Shown: positions 31,686 to 42,201 of the stretch, in pieces | How the letters are laid out: each line of letters begins with the position of its first letter | Numbering within the stretch: position 1 is the first letter of the stretch | NCBI GenBank assembly: GCA_964019335.1 | Contig: OZ025694.1 | Location: 124,001-188,000 of the forward strand | DNA length: 64,000 nt | Direction of reading: 5' to 3' | Source: Diplonema japonicum | Lineage: Eukaryota > Protista > Euglenozoa: Diplonemea | The notes under the pieces: model-generated | Seen by the model: the letters and a program-made list of their open reading frames with translations, nothing else | Database searches by the model: none | Told to the model about the DNA's origin: nothing | Position numbers and translations under genes: made by a program

Positions 31686-34208
31686 CTGTAAAACGAATAA
31701 TGTCGGACGGAAAAATTCCCGGACGGAAAAACTCCCGGACACCAAAAAAACTCGGACATTTTTCCGTCCGGGAGTTTTTCTGGGGAAAAGTCTTTTTTAC
31801 GGAAGGGGGGTAGCAGCTCCTGCTTTTTTTCCCATACCACCATGTTTGCCTGGAAGGGCTTTGCAGACTCGTATGCAGAGCCAAAATGTTTACCCTGCGT
31901 GGCAGTTTGAATTTTTTTTCCCTCCCTTTCAATGCACCAACAAACAGCACCCACAGGATCTTAACTTCAATCTCATAAACCCGTACTTCTTTCGTCAAAT
32001 GACCAGTTCGACTACCCAAGGCACGTTGAGCAACTGGCTTGTGAGGCACCCAACTTTGGTTGCTGACACTTCCGACCAGCTCACCCCCCCGAGAGGTGGA
32101 GGAGATAAACTCCTTACACCGGGCCAAGAAGGCCAGAACAAACCCCCGAAAGCAGCTCCAGCTCCCGAAGGATACTAAAGCCCTTATTGGGCGATACGCT
32201 GCTACCCACGGCGTCGCGGCGGCCAGGTCGTGGTACCGCACGAAAGAGGGGGTGGAACTAGCAACGTCCAGTATTTCCGACTGGAAAAAAAACTTTGGAG
32301 GCTCTGTTGGGCCTGTTGCTGCCCCCTTTACCGTCGGTCGCAAACCTCTTCTGGCCGAGGCAGAGACTGCCAAGGTTTTTGCTTGGGTCGATAGGCAAAA
32401 CGAACTTGGCGAGCCTATCTCAGCGCAACAAATATGCACCTATGCAGAAGGGCTGCTGCGCGCTAATCCAGCCCGAAAGACAGACTTTGGTGGGGCACTG
32501 TCCTTTTCCACCAGCTGGGCTGACAAGCTTTGCAGCAGGAAAGGCTACAAAAGCCGCAGGCCCACCACCGGAAAACCTGGAAACGAGAAGGACAAAGAGA
32601 GGGCACGCTGTTTCGCCATGCAATTCAGGTCAATAATCGACACCCATAAAGTAAGGCCTGAATTGGTCTGGAATATGGACCAAACCTCCCTGCAGCTGTT
32701 GCCGTGGGGTTAAAAACCAAAACGAAAAGGGGTGCAAAGGTCGTAAAAGTCCGTGGCTTGGGGGACAAACGGGCCATAACCGGACAGCTGGCTGTCTCCC
32801 TGGCTGGGGATAAGTTGCATCCGCAACTTATATACAAAGGCAGAACGGAACCTGCAGCCGACAGGGTTTATCCAGGGTCCGTGCCCCGGGTCAAGCACCC
32901 GCCCGCCGAATGGAGCCTAACGGTATCGCCCAGTCATTGGGCTAATTATGATACACTCAGTATCTGGGTCAAAAAGCTGTTTCTTCCTTTTTGCAGTAAA
33001 ACCATCGATTCTCATGGTTTTGCCCCGAACGAGTCGATTCTGCTGCTTGTCGATGACTACAACTGTCATTCGACCGATGAGTTTTTGGAGTTGTTCGAAG
33101 GCACAAACGTGCACATTGCTTTTGTCCCCCCTGGGCTCACCTACATGGTTCAACCGATGGATATTGGGTTGAACGCAGCTGTAAAAGCATCTATTAAGAA
33201 CAGTTATAAAAAGTGGGCCACACGAAGGCTCGACAAGCTGATTGCCTCAGGGGCGGCGGCTGAATCATGGGAGGTGCCCTCTACTAGCTCGATTAAAGGG
33301 CCTCACTTGAGGTATGCCACGAGGCTTTTTCTTTTCCTGTTTTTTTCCTAGGTGGGTCGAAACAGCCTGGGATGCTGTCTCCGGCCAGTCGATCAGGAAC
33401 AGCTGGGCTTCCTGTTTTGGCCACTACCTGGAACCCGGATGGAGCCCAATTTGGGAGTTTTCGGTACTTGCTGCATACGCCGGTGTTGCGTGTGTGCTGA
33501 CTGTTGGAAAAACATGGGAGGAAGAGTGGGAAGAGGACTGGGGCTGGGAGGAGGACTGGGAGGAAGAGTGGGAAGAGGACTGGGGCTGGGAGGAGGTCTG
33601 GGAAGAGGAGGAAGACGAGTACTCCCTATATGCCAGGCTTGCCCAGGACATGGAGCATGGACGTGTGGAAGTCATCGACGTAGATGCATCTTCCGACACG
33701 ACCACCGTGTCCGCCGCCTCGACGATAACCGAAGAAACCTTTTCCGTTTCTTCAGACTCGTCAGTGGAGATACTCCCCAGTCTCACCCAGCAACGGCTGG
33801 ATGACGCTGCCGCCAGGAGGGCCGCCAAGAAGGCAACAGCTAAGCCTGCAAGAAAGAAGGCAGCAGCTAAGCCCGCAGGCAAGAAGGCAGCGGCCAAACC
33901 CGGAGGCAAGGCAGCACAGTAGATAGCTCTACCCCCCCCTTTTTTTTCTTTTCTTTTTGCCTTTTATCAATCAGTTTTATCTTGAGCTTTATGCCCACAC
34001 GGTATCTTCTTCCAGGGATAATACGGACACGAAACACATGACCCAGATACCCAGTGGTTTGGTGGTGGTTTCTTCGCGCGGTTGCCGTTTGCAGCCCAGG
34101 CCAGTATGTAGGTGGTAGTGGACCAGGCCCCCTGACGACCTTACAGGAAACTCCCGGACACCAAAAAAACTCGGACATTTTTCCGTCCGGGAGTTTTTCG
34201 TTTTACAG
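31686..34208 (+). mobile_element. pogo/Tigger-like DNA transposon, 2523 bp, with TA target-site duplication
   Basis: TA|CTGTAAAACGAA...TTCGTTTTACAG|TA; subterminal CCGGAC repeats; internal DDE transposase. Confidence 0.93.
31999..33922 (+). pseudogene. pogo-family DD35D transposase (HTH/CENP-B + DDE_1) with two frameshifts and one intron (33312-33351)
   Basis: NMDQT, PQLIYKG, HWAN, LLVDDY, VQPMD (35 residues between D2 and D3); frameshifts at ~32050-32090 and ~32710; a 40-nt GTATG...TAG intron restores HLRWVETAW. Confidence 0.85.
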
Positions 34209-34663
34209 TAGTTTTTTTTTCTCTTTCTTTCTTTCTTTCTTTCTTTTTTCTTTGACACTGAATCAACACTTCGCGAAAACAACAGATGTAGCGGTGTTTT
34301 CATACAAAGTGCCAAAGTCGCAGAAGAGGTCGAAAGGTGGCCTCCTAGTCTCCCCAGGCGGCATGCAAACAAAAAGCTCTGTGCCGCGGAAGCATTTCTG
34401 AAATCGAACGGAGCCAGGCAAGCCTCAAAGCAACTACCGATGTGAAATCTCAAAAAAGTGAGTAGCAGAATGTGGACATAGCTTTCCTTGGCCCACGGCA
34501 CACGGGTTAATTGCTTCTGGCACTCTTTCAAAGCTGCTTTACCACTCCACTTTACTTTCTACGGGATTTGAGAGGCTTCGGGGTGATGTTTCACAAAGGG
34601 CTAAAAAATAACTACTACTAAAATAAAGTGTCGCACTTTCTTACAACAAAAGAAAAGAAAAAA

Positions 34664-35482
34664 ATGATGAGCAAGATGTTTCTGGGAGCGGGGATGAGGA
34701 CGGCCCCTGTTGCGGCGTCTATGCTGTGCGGGAGGCAGCAGAGGAGCTTCTTCAGCGCCTCGTCTCAGAAGATGGCGCGGTTCGAGAAGCCGAAGGAGAT
34801 GCAAGCCGTGGAGCAGCAGCAGCAGCAGGTGGCACAGAGGAGCGAGTACGACGCGTTGACACCCGAGGCGAGGAGGTACCTCGGGAGGGTGTACGGGGTG
34901 ACAGCGTCTGGGATGGTGACGCTGACTGCAGGGTCGTGCGCGATGCTGTTCACACCGCTTGGGCTGGCTGTCCCGTACTGGGCACCGATGGTGGCGTCGC
35001 TGGTTCCGATGATCGGGCTGTCGATGGGGTACGGGAAGACGCAGGGGAGGAAGCTGGGGATGTTCCACTCCTTCACGGGGCTGACAGGGATGGGCCTGGT
35101 ACCGGTGGTGGCGGCGGCGAAGTTCGGTGGGGTTCTGGCCCCTGCTGTGGGGCTCACGATGGCGACATACGCTGGTTTCTCTGCGGCGGCTTTGATGGCG
35201 CCTGCAGGGTCGTCGGTCAAGATGCAGGGCCCGCTCATCGCAGGGCTGCTGGGGCTCATCGGGGTGCAGCTTGTGTCCCTCTTCTACCCGACCCCCCTTG
35301 CCACCCAGCTCATCATGTACGGCGGCCTCGCAATCTTCTCCCTCCTCGTCGCCTCCGACACAGGCGCCATGATCGAGCGTGCCAACGCAGGCCAAACCGA
35401 CGTCGTCATGGATGCCATCAACGGGGTCCTCAACCTCGTCAACATCTTCGTCAGGATGGTCCACATGCTTAGGAGCGACTAA
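34664..35482 (+). CDS. Bax inhibitor-1/TMBIM family protein, copy 2
   Basis: CDS appears identical to 30262-31080 except the stop codon (TAA vs TGA). Confidence 0.88.
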   Translation: MMSKMFLGAGMRTAPVAASMLCGRQQRSFFSASSQKMARFEKPKEMQAVEQQQQQVAQRSEYDALTPEARRYLGRVYGVTASGMVTLTAGSCAMLFTPLGLAVPYWAPMVASLVPMIGLSMGYGKTQGRKLGMFHSFTGLTGMGLVPVVAAAKFGGVLAPAVGLTMATYAGFSAAALMAPAGSSVKMQGPLIAGLLGLIGVQLVSLFYPTPLATQLIMYGGLAIFSLLVASDTGAMIERANAGQTDVVMDAINGVLNLVNIFVRMVHMLRSD

Positions 35483-36007
35483 ACATCGGTGGTCATGAAG
35501 ACTCTGGTGGCTCACCTATGGACTTGAAATATGCTTTTTCATCTTTATTTTCGGGGGTTTTTTATATATTTTTTGGTTTTCTTTTATGGCTGTTTTTTTT
35601 TATACTTTTTTTGTGATGGAACGGAAACGCTTGTTGTAGTTATCAAAAGAATAATGCTGACAGCGAACCGCGTAACAAATCTCTTTATTAGGTAAAATGT
35701 TTGCAACCGTTGCTCACAAACAAAGAATAACTCGCCTGTTCTTTTTTTTTTTTTTTTTTTTTTTTTGGTTTGACAAGAGAAAACAATATTAGAGCAAGTG
35801 GTAAACATAGGGCTTATCCTTCAAACCACTTCCCCCCCCCCCCTTTTTTTGATTAGTACCACTACTCACCCCCCTTTTCTTTTTTTTTCAGAAATTATTG
35901 TTTCTACTTTTTTATATTTAATCCAATCTCATAGTTTTTCTTTTTTTTGACTGCCCCCCCCCTTACCCCCCTTTTTTTTTGCTTACCTCCATCAGTGTGT
36001 ATCCGAC

Positions 36008-36490
36008 ATGAAAAGAACAATCTTGCTCCGAGCCGTCGAACGAGAGTTGGCGGAAGTGAACACAGAATGCGCTGAGAAAGCAGTGGCGGAGCTTGAGATG
36101 CAGCTAGAAAGCAGCAGGTCGAGGCACTTCAGCGATGTTGCCCCGAATGCGTTAAAGCGACGGGAAATGCTGTGGGATATTGAGCGGTACCATTGGGCCG
36201 CTGCGAACCTGGAACTAAGCCAGCTAAAAATGAACATCTCACGCCCGACAGATGAGATGGTAAATGCGCAACTACACATTGAAGCATACAACCTCTTCTG
36301 CAAAGACCTCCCCCACTCAACAGCCAATAAAAAAAGCATGTTCAGCGATCTCCCCGAAGGGACCCGCAAGCGGTACATCGCCTCAGCACAGCGACTCCGT
36401 GAACAACGGGCCAAGGCAGGCAATGCCCCACGCTTTAAAACCCACGAGGCCATCAAACTGGAGCGCTCCGACGAATCATGGGACTTTTAA
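36008..36490 (+). CDS. Hypothetical protein with a degenerate HMG-box-like C-terminus
   Basis: AYNLFCKD...FSDLPEGTRKRYIASA pattern; preceded by a poly-Y tract and CAG. Confidence 0.55.
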   Translation: MKRTILLRAVERELAEVNTECAEKAVAELEMQLESSRSRHFSDVAPNALKRREMLWDIERYHWAAANLELSQLKMNISRPTDEMVNAQLHIEAYNLFCKDLPHSTANKKSMFSDLPEGTRKRYIASAQRLREQRAKAGNAPRFKTHEAIKLERSDESWDF

Positions 36491-36694
36491 TTATTCTTTT
36501 CTTTTCCCCTCCTTTTCTTTTTCTTGGGGTGCTTAGCCATCCCTTTTTTTTCGAGTCGTAGACTACGGCAGTGAGGGGAGAATTGGGTCGTCCAGAAGGG
36601 ATTGCCCTTTTTTTTATTCTTAAATTTTCTTTCTTTTTGAAAAGACCTTTGTTGCAGTACTATGTACCATCAGGCTTCAATCCACACCACACCA

Positions 36695-37696
36695 ATGCTT
36701 GGGCTCTTCAAGGGATCGCCTACAGCCTCGCCTCCGGCGCCCTTCACCCTGCTTGTGATCCAGGCGGACGCGTACAACTGGCCCGAGCTGTTCGAAGGTG
36801 TGAAGGTGAAGGGCCGTGAGGTGAAGGTGGTGCAGACTGGGTTCGACAAGATCTCTGTGGGGCCTGCGGAGAACTACTCACCAGAGAAGGCGCGCCGCCT
36901 GTGCGTGCATGTGCACGAGACGACGGAGCGAGACGCGAACGGGGACAAGGCGGGGACGAAGAAGCGGCAGACGATCTTCCCGGACATGCTGCTGGTGCGG
37001 AACTGCGTGTGGACGCACGCGGAGGACCACAAGAACACCCTGTACGCGTTTATGTACTGCAACGTGCCGTGCGTGAACAGCTTGGAGTCGATCTACATGA
37101 GCTTGGAGCGCCCTGTGGTGATGGGGATGCTAAACAGGATACGGACGGAGCAGGGAAGGGAGGCCTTCCCCGTGATTGACCAGGCCTTCACCCCTGGCTA
37201 CAGGGAGATGATGTATCCGTTGGGGTTCCCGGCGGTGGTGAAGGTGGGGGCGGCGCACGCGGGCTTCGGGAAGATGAGAATAAAGGACCACCACGACATG
37301 CACGACTTCAAGAGCGTGCTGGCGCTGTCGGGGGGCAAGTACTGCTCGATGGAGCCGTTCGTGGAGGGGGCACGCGACCTGCGCATCCAGTGCATCGGGG
37401 AGGACGTGAAGGCCTTCGGGAGGCGAGACGTGTCTGGCGAGTGGAAGACCAACACAGGGACCAGCCTCTGCGAGCAGATCGAAGTCACACCCGTCTTCCG
37501 GCAGTGGGTGGAGTGGGTGCGGCCCTTCTTCGGCGGCCCTTCCATCTTCACCATCGACGCTATCGAGAAGCCCGACGGCAGCCACGTCATCCTCGAGGTC
37601 AACGACACCTCCTCGGGGCTCTTCCCAGACACGGCACAGGAGGACAACATCCTCATCAGGGGCCTCGTCACCAGGAAGATGGAAGAGGTTTTGTGA
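36695..37696 (+). CDS. Synapsin-like ATP-grasp protein
   Basis: PDMLLVRN, PCVNSLESIY..LERP, FPVIDQ, VVKVGAAHAGFGKM, DLRIQ, WKTNTG, ILEVND motifs; alternative start at 36662. Confidence 0.88.
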   Translation: MLGLFKGSPTASPPAPFTLLVIQADAYNWPELFEGVKVKGREVKVVQTGFDKISVGPAENYSPEKARRLCVHVHETTERDANGDKAGTKKRQTIFPDMLLVRNCVWTHAEDHKNTLYAFMYCNVPCVNSLESIYMSLERPVVMGMLNRIRTEQGREAFPVIDQAFTPGYREMMYPLGFPAVVKVGAAHAGFGKMRIKDHHDMHDFKSVLALSGGKYCSMEPFVEGARDLRIQCIGEDVKAFGRRDVSGEWKTNTGTSLCEQIEVTPVFRQWVEWVRPFFGGPSIFTIDAIEKPDGSHVILEVNDTSSGLFPDTAQEDNILIRGLVTRKMEEVL

Positions 37697-38135
37697 AGAG
37701 AATGATTATAACTGCTCCCCCCCCCCCCCCCCCCCCAGAGAAGGTGCAAAAAAAAGAAGAGAAAAAAATGAGAGAGATGAGAGGAAAAAGAAAAATGTAG
37801 AATACAAAAAAAACAAAGAAAAAAACGGATGGAAATATTGTGTTGTTTGCATTTCTAGCTCTTTTTTTCCCCCCGCTTCTCCCCCTGCCCAGATGCCATG
37901 AGAGCAGGTATCTAGGTGTTTTCTTTCTTTTTTTTTTCCCTTTAAAATTCCTTTCCTTTAGTCTTCCTTCTATCCTTAGTAAAGCATTATTTTTGTGCTT
38001 TTTCATTTCTTCCAGCCACACATCGCAGCCATAGCCATGTTATAGTACTTCTTTTGTATTTAACAAGTACTGTTCAGTTTCTTGTAAGATACTAAAAAAA
38101 ACTCATGCTGAGCACCACTCTTTCTCACGCTGTTA

Positions 38136-40646
38136 ATGAATAAAATGGCGAGCATCAAGGTGCTGAACATCTCGCTGGTGCTGCTGTGCATTGCGGTGAC
38201 GGTGTTCATCTGCACGTACCTTGCGATAAGCAGCAGCGACACGGCACTGAACGACACGAAGGACTCGAGGGACACATTCGTGAACAACTCCTTCACAGTG
38301 GGCGAGGACAGTGTGAGGGAGAGGACGGAAGAGTTTGTTGACCTGCTGCTGAACAGCACTGTTGACTACGTGTTGCAGTTCATGGAGCCACAGAGGCTGA
38401 CAGGCTTGGGACTGGCAAGGGAGATCATGGCGAAGCCCTACGACGTGGTCAAGAACTTCTCGTGGCACAACCTGGCACGGTACTACTGGGCGTATAAGAA
38501 TTTAATGAACAACGGAAACTCTGGAGTGGGCATCTATCTCACCAATGAGCTTATGATTTTCTACTACGAATCGATGCACACCGTACAGAGAGGCCCCAAT
38601 GAATACCACCATACCGTTTTTGTTTTTAATTACGGAAGCGACCACCCGTTGGGGGGGAGGACCATGGATATCGTAGCGTCGTCTGACCCCGAGACAGGTG
38701 TCCCCTTGTTGTTGAGCGACCCAGCTACTGATGTGGACTGGACGGGAGCTCCCTGCAACGACACATCCCTCGCCACCAACGGAACTGTTCCGATGGAGCC
38801 TTGCGGCCCGTACGTAGGAAATAAGAGAAGAGCTTCAATAGAACGCTCTTTCATCCGGTTGGGAAGGAGGGCCGTTAAAGACTCTGCCGCCATGACCCCC
38901 CCGATCAGCTTCGGGCATCACATCACAGTCAACACCTTTGCCCCCATCCACCACAATGGGGTCTACACGGGCACTATATTCGTGGGTGCTGACCTGCGTC
39001 ACATCAGTCGGATTCTATCGGACCTGAAGATAGGCGGCCCTGTCGCTGGCAGTCCCTCACGAGGCCGCATCTACATCACCGTAAGGAGCAAAAGCTGGCG
39101 TTCCCCCGTTGGCATGCTTATCGCTGCTACACACGGCAATGTAGCATATCACAGGAAGCCACCTATGCAGTCTCTCACACTGATGCCCCCGACGAACAGT
39201 TCCGACCCAATTGTGCAAAGCGTGGCAGAGGAAGTGGAGGCGAAGGAGATGGATCTGGAGACAATGGCGACGCTGGAGGTGCTGAACATCACGACGGAGC
39301 ATGCACCGGAAGGGGAGGAGTTCTACTACAGGGTGGGGATCCTCAACAACGGGCACGGGATCGACTGGTACGTGCACGTCGTGATCGACAGGGCGTACAT
39401 CTTGGGGGATATCGACAAGGAGGTTGCGGAGACACGCGTGGCGATCGATGATGCAGAGCAGGAGGTGGACAACAACCTGAAGAAGGCACGCACTGTGCTG
39501 TACGTGCTGGTGGTAGTGGTCGCTATGGTCCTTACCACGGCCTCTGTCGTGTTCGTGTTGAAGATCATCGAACCACTTCTGGTGCTGGAGAGGGAGATGG
39601 CACAGGTGGCTGTGATGAACCTGGAGGGGGTGGACAGGGGGAGGCCGTTGAGCGCACTCCGAGAGGTACAACTCATGCAGATGAGCTTCCTGAAGATGAT
39701 CGACAATCTTGTGGAGTTCAGGAACTACATGCCCGCCTCTGTGCTGCTCGACGACGATGACGACGATGAAGAGGAGAGCGTGACCACTGGTGCAAACACC
39801 GAGAAGCGCCATAGCATAGTAAGCAGTTCGCTGCACGACTCGGAGAAGATACAGCAGAAGCAGCAGGCACTCCACGAGACAGAGGCGAAGGCGAAGAAGG
39901 TGACTCTGCTGGCATGCAACATGCGGCGCTTCCTCGACATGGACTCTTGTCAGGCCACAAAGCTAGCAAGCTACCTATCAATGGCACTTGTGCACGTGAA
40001 TGTGACGAGAGGAACACCCGACAGCTTCAGCGGGGACAGGCTGTACGCGTCGTGGAACAGTGTGCGGGGTTGTTTCTCGCACAGGACGGCGGCGTACACC
40101 TGCTCCCGAGAGATCGTTAAGGGTGCTTCGCCCATGCAGGTCTCGATCGGGGTGGCGTCTGGGGAGGTGCAATGTGGGAACATGGGGTGCGAGGGGATGA
40201 AGAAGTTCACGTTTGTCGGTTCGCTGGCGTCGTGGGTGCACATCGTGGAGCGGGTGGCAAGGATGCAGAAAGCAGACATCGCAGTGGACAGCGTGGTCCA
40301 CGAGGAGGTTCAGAACGCATCACACACGAGGCCCCTGCTGCACCTGTCCTTCCCGAAACACTCGAAGAATGTGCTTCTTGTGTATGAAGCATCTGGGGTG
40401 AGGGAGGTGAAGGAGGAGGAGTGGATGTACCAGTTGGCGGAAGCGGAGGCCAGCGACCTACATGCTCAGTACACAGAGAGCTACAAGCTCTTCATGGATC
40501 AGGATGTGGAAGGGGCGCTGAAGGCACTCGAAGGCTACACGGATACCTCACATGTGACGCGGAACTACATGGAGCAGCTGGAGAAGGCAGCACAGAACAA
40601 GGAACTCTGTCAGCCCTGGAGAACGCTGGATCTGTTGCTTGCTTGA
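38136..40646 (+). CDS. Receptor-type class III nucleotidyl cyclase-like protein (2 TM, Cache-like ectodomain, HAMP-like linker, degenerate cyclase)
   Basis: TMs at the N-terminus and at ~aa 455-480; EFRNYMP linker; FSGD, IGVASG...GNMG motifs. Confidence 0.75.
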   Translation: MNKMASIKVLNISLVLLCIAVTVFICTYLAISSSDTALNDTKDSRDTFVNNSFTVGEDSVRERTEEFVDLLLNSTVDYVLQFMEPQRLTGLGLAREIMAKPYDVVKNFSWHNLARYYWAYKNLMNNGNSGVGIYLTNELMIFYYESMHTVQRGPNEYHHTVFVFNYGSDHPLGGRTMDIVASSDPETGVPLLLSDPATDVDWTGAPCNDTSLATNGTVPMEPCGPYVGNKRRASIERSFIRLGRRAVKDSAAMTPPISFGHHITVNTFAPIHHNGVYTGTIFVGADLRHISRILSDLKIGGPVAGSPSRGRIYITVRSKSWRSPVGMLIAATHGNVAYHRKPPMQSLTLMPPTNSSDPIVQSVAEEVEAKEMDLETMATLEVLNITTEHAPEGEEFYYRVGILNNGHGIDWYVHVVIDRAYILGDIDKEVAETRVAIDDAEQEVDNNLKKARTVLYVLVVVVAMVLTTASVVFVLKIIEPLLVLEREMAQVAVMNLEGVDRGRPLSALREVQLMQMSFLKMIDNLVEFRNYMPASVLLDDDDDDEEESVTTGANTEKRHSIVSSSLHDSEKIQQKQQALHETEAKAKKVTLLACNMRRFLDMDSCQATKLASYLSMALVHVNVTRGTPDSFSGDRLYASWNSVRGCFSHRTAAYTCSREIVKGASPMQVSIGVASGEVQCGNMGCEGMKKFTFVGSLASWVHIVERVARMQKADIAVDSVVHEEVQNASHTRPLLHLSFPKHSKNVLLVYEASGVREVKEEEWMYQLAEAEASDLHAQYTESYKLFMDQDVEGALKALEGYTDTSHVTRNYMEQLEKAAQNKELCQPWRTLDLLLA

Positions 40647-40967
40647 AGACGACATCCTTCACTCGGGTTTACACTCAAGAAAGGACGTCCTTCCTTTTTA
40701 CGCTTTAGAGAGAGGTGACGCGCACATATTAGAAGCTCACTCCAATGTGTCGTTTGACCACAAGCACCGCCGCACCATGTACTTTATGGTGCACTTTTGC
40801 TTTTGTTTTCATCTAAGTTAGAAGGGCTCACAAGAGGCTGCCTTCAAGTGGGATTGTCTTTTACTTTGAGGAATGGTTTCATTTAAATAAATAATAGTTA
40901 TCCCAAGGAAGGGGGGAAGGGGGTGACGCGAAAGAAGAAAAAGAAAAAGGGGGGAAAAAGAGAAGAG

Positions 40968-41807
40968 ATGCAACGTGAACTGAGACGTAAAATAGCAAAA
41001 CACCTTGTGAGGGACCTAACCCGGGCTTCGAGGCTTGAGAAGGGGAACGTAAAGGAGAGGATACTGAACTTGCAGATTCCGTGTGTGGTGGAGTTCCACG
41101 GCTCGGGGTCTGAGGAGCCGCATAGCATCACGGACTGGAAAAGCTTCATGAAGCTTCCACCTATGGTGGAGAGGTTGGTGAGGGAAAACAGTGAAGGGGC
41201 GGAGCTTAGATTGGATTGGGAAAAGTTTAAACAAGATATCGTGGAACCCATGTGGTGTGGGAAGGATGCGGGTTTGGAGAAAGAAGCCTTCGACGTTCTA
41301 AAATTCACCGCCGGGCAGAAAGAGCTAAAAGAGGTTTCAAGAACAACCCTCGACAACGGAGTTTGCATATCAACCATGACAGGAAGGGTGGAGAACGGGG
41401 CAAACTTTTTCTTCTGCTATAGAATCACAGTTGAGAACCAAACCAACACGGGGATCAGGCTCATCGCGCGAAATCTCAACTTCTTCACCAACGAGAACAA
41501 CCTCTCTGCCTCTGTTCAAAGCGGGTTCGGAGTCGTTGGCCATACCCCACTACTCTTCCCAGGAATGGCCTTTACCTGGCAGTCTGGGTGCGAGCTGAGC
41601 ACTCCCACCGGTCACATGACAGGTTCGCTTGAATTCGCCACCGAGAATACCGACACCTGGGAAAAACACAAAGCAGCGTCGCAGCAAGCCCCCACCCTGG
41701 ATTTCTATCGATCCTGTGCAAACGGCACCTTCACCGCAACCCTCCCCACCATCCCCTTTGGGAAGAACCCCGCACTCTCCATACTCGAATCTGACCCTGT
41801 TCATTAA
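40968..41807 (+). CDS. ApaG (DUF525) domain protein
   Basis: YRITVEN, RLIARN, GVVGHTPLL.PG..F.WQSGC.L.TP.G.M.G motifs. Confidence 0.85.
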   Translation: MQRELRRKIAKHLVRDLTRASRLEKGNVKERILNLQIPCVVEFHGSGSEEPHSITDWKSFMKLPPMVERLVRENSEGAELRLDWEKFKQDIVEPMWCGKDAGLEKEAFDVLKFTAGQKELKEVSRTTLDNGVCISTMTGRVENGANFFFCYRITVENQTNTGIRLIARNLNFFTNENNLSASVQSGFGVVGHTPLLFPGMAFTWQSGCELSTPTGHMTGSLEFATENTDTWEKHKAASQQAPTLDFYRSCANGTFTATLPTIPFGKNPALSILESDPVH

Positions 41808-42201
41808 AATATTCCTCCCCCCCCCCCCCTTTCCCGCAAGTAAAAGTGTGCAATGTGATGTGTATTTTTTGTTGTTTTTTTTTTGTTTCTTAAGTAAGGG
41901 CTGATTTTTGACGCTACCCCCTCTTCAAAAAAAAAAGAAAAGAAAAAGAAAAAAAAGAAAGAAAAGAAAACCGCTTGGAATATCCATCGTGTCCTAGAAA
42001 AAAAAAAATGACATGAAAAAAACCTCGAGAAAACCCTGCTATCCGAGGGTGGGCGTCAAAATCAGCCTGTGAAAGTGTTTCCCCCCCCCCCCCCTTTTTT
42101 AGACTGAAACATTCTCTCTATGCCCCCCCCCCCCCCCCCCCCCTCAGCATGCAACACTTCCTGAAATAATAGCAGGGAAAGGGAGGGTGGCAATATATGG
42201 T

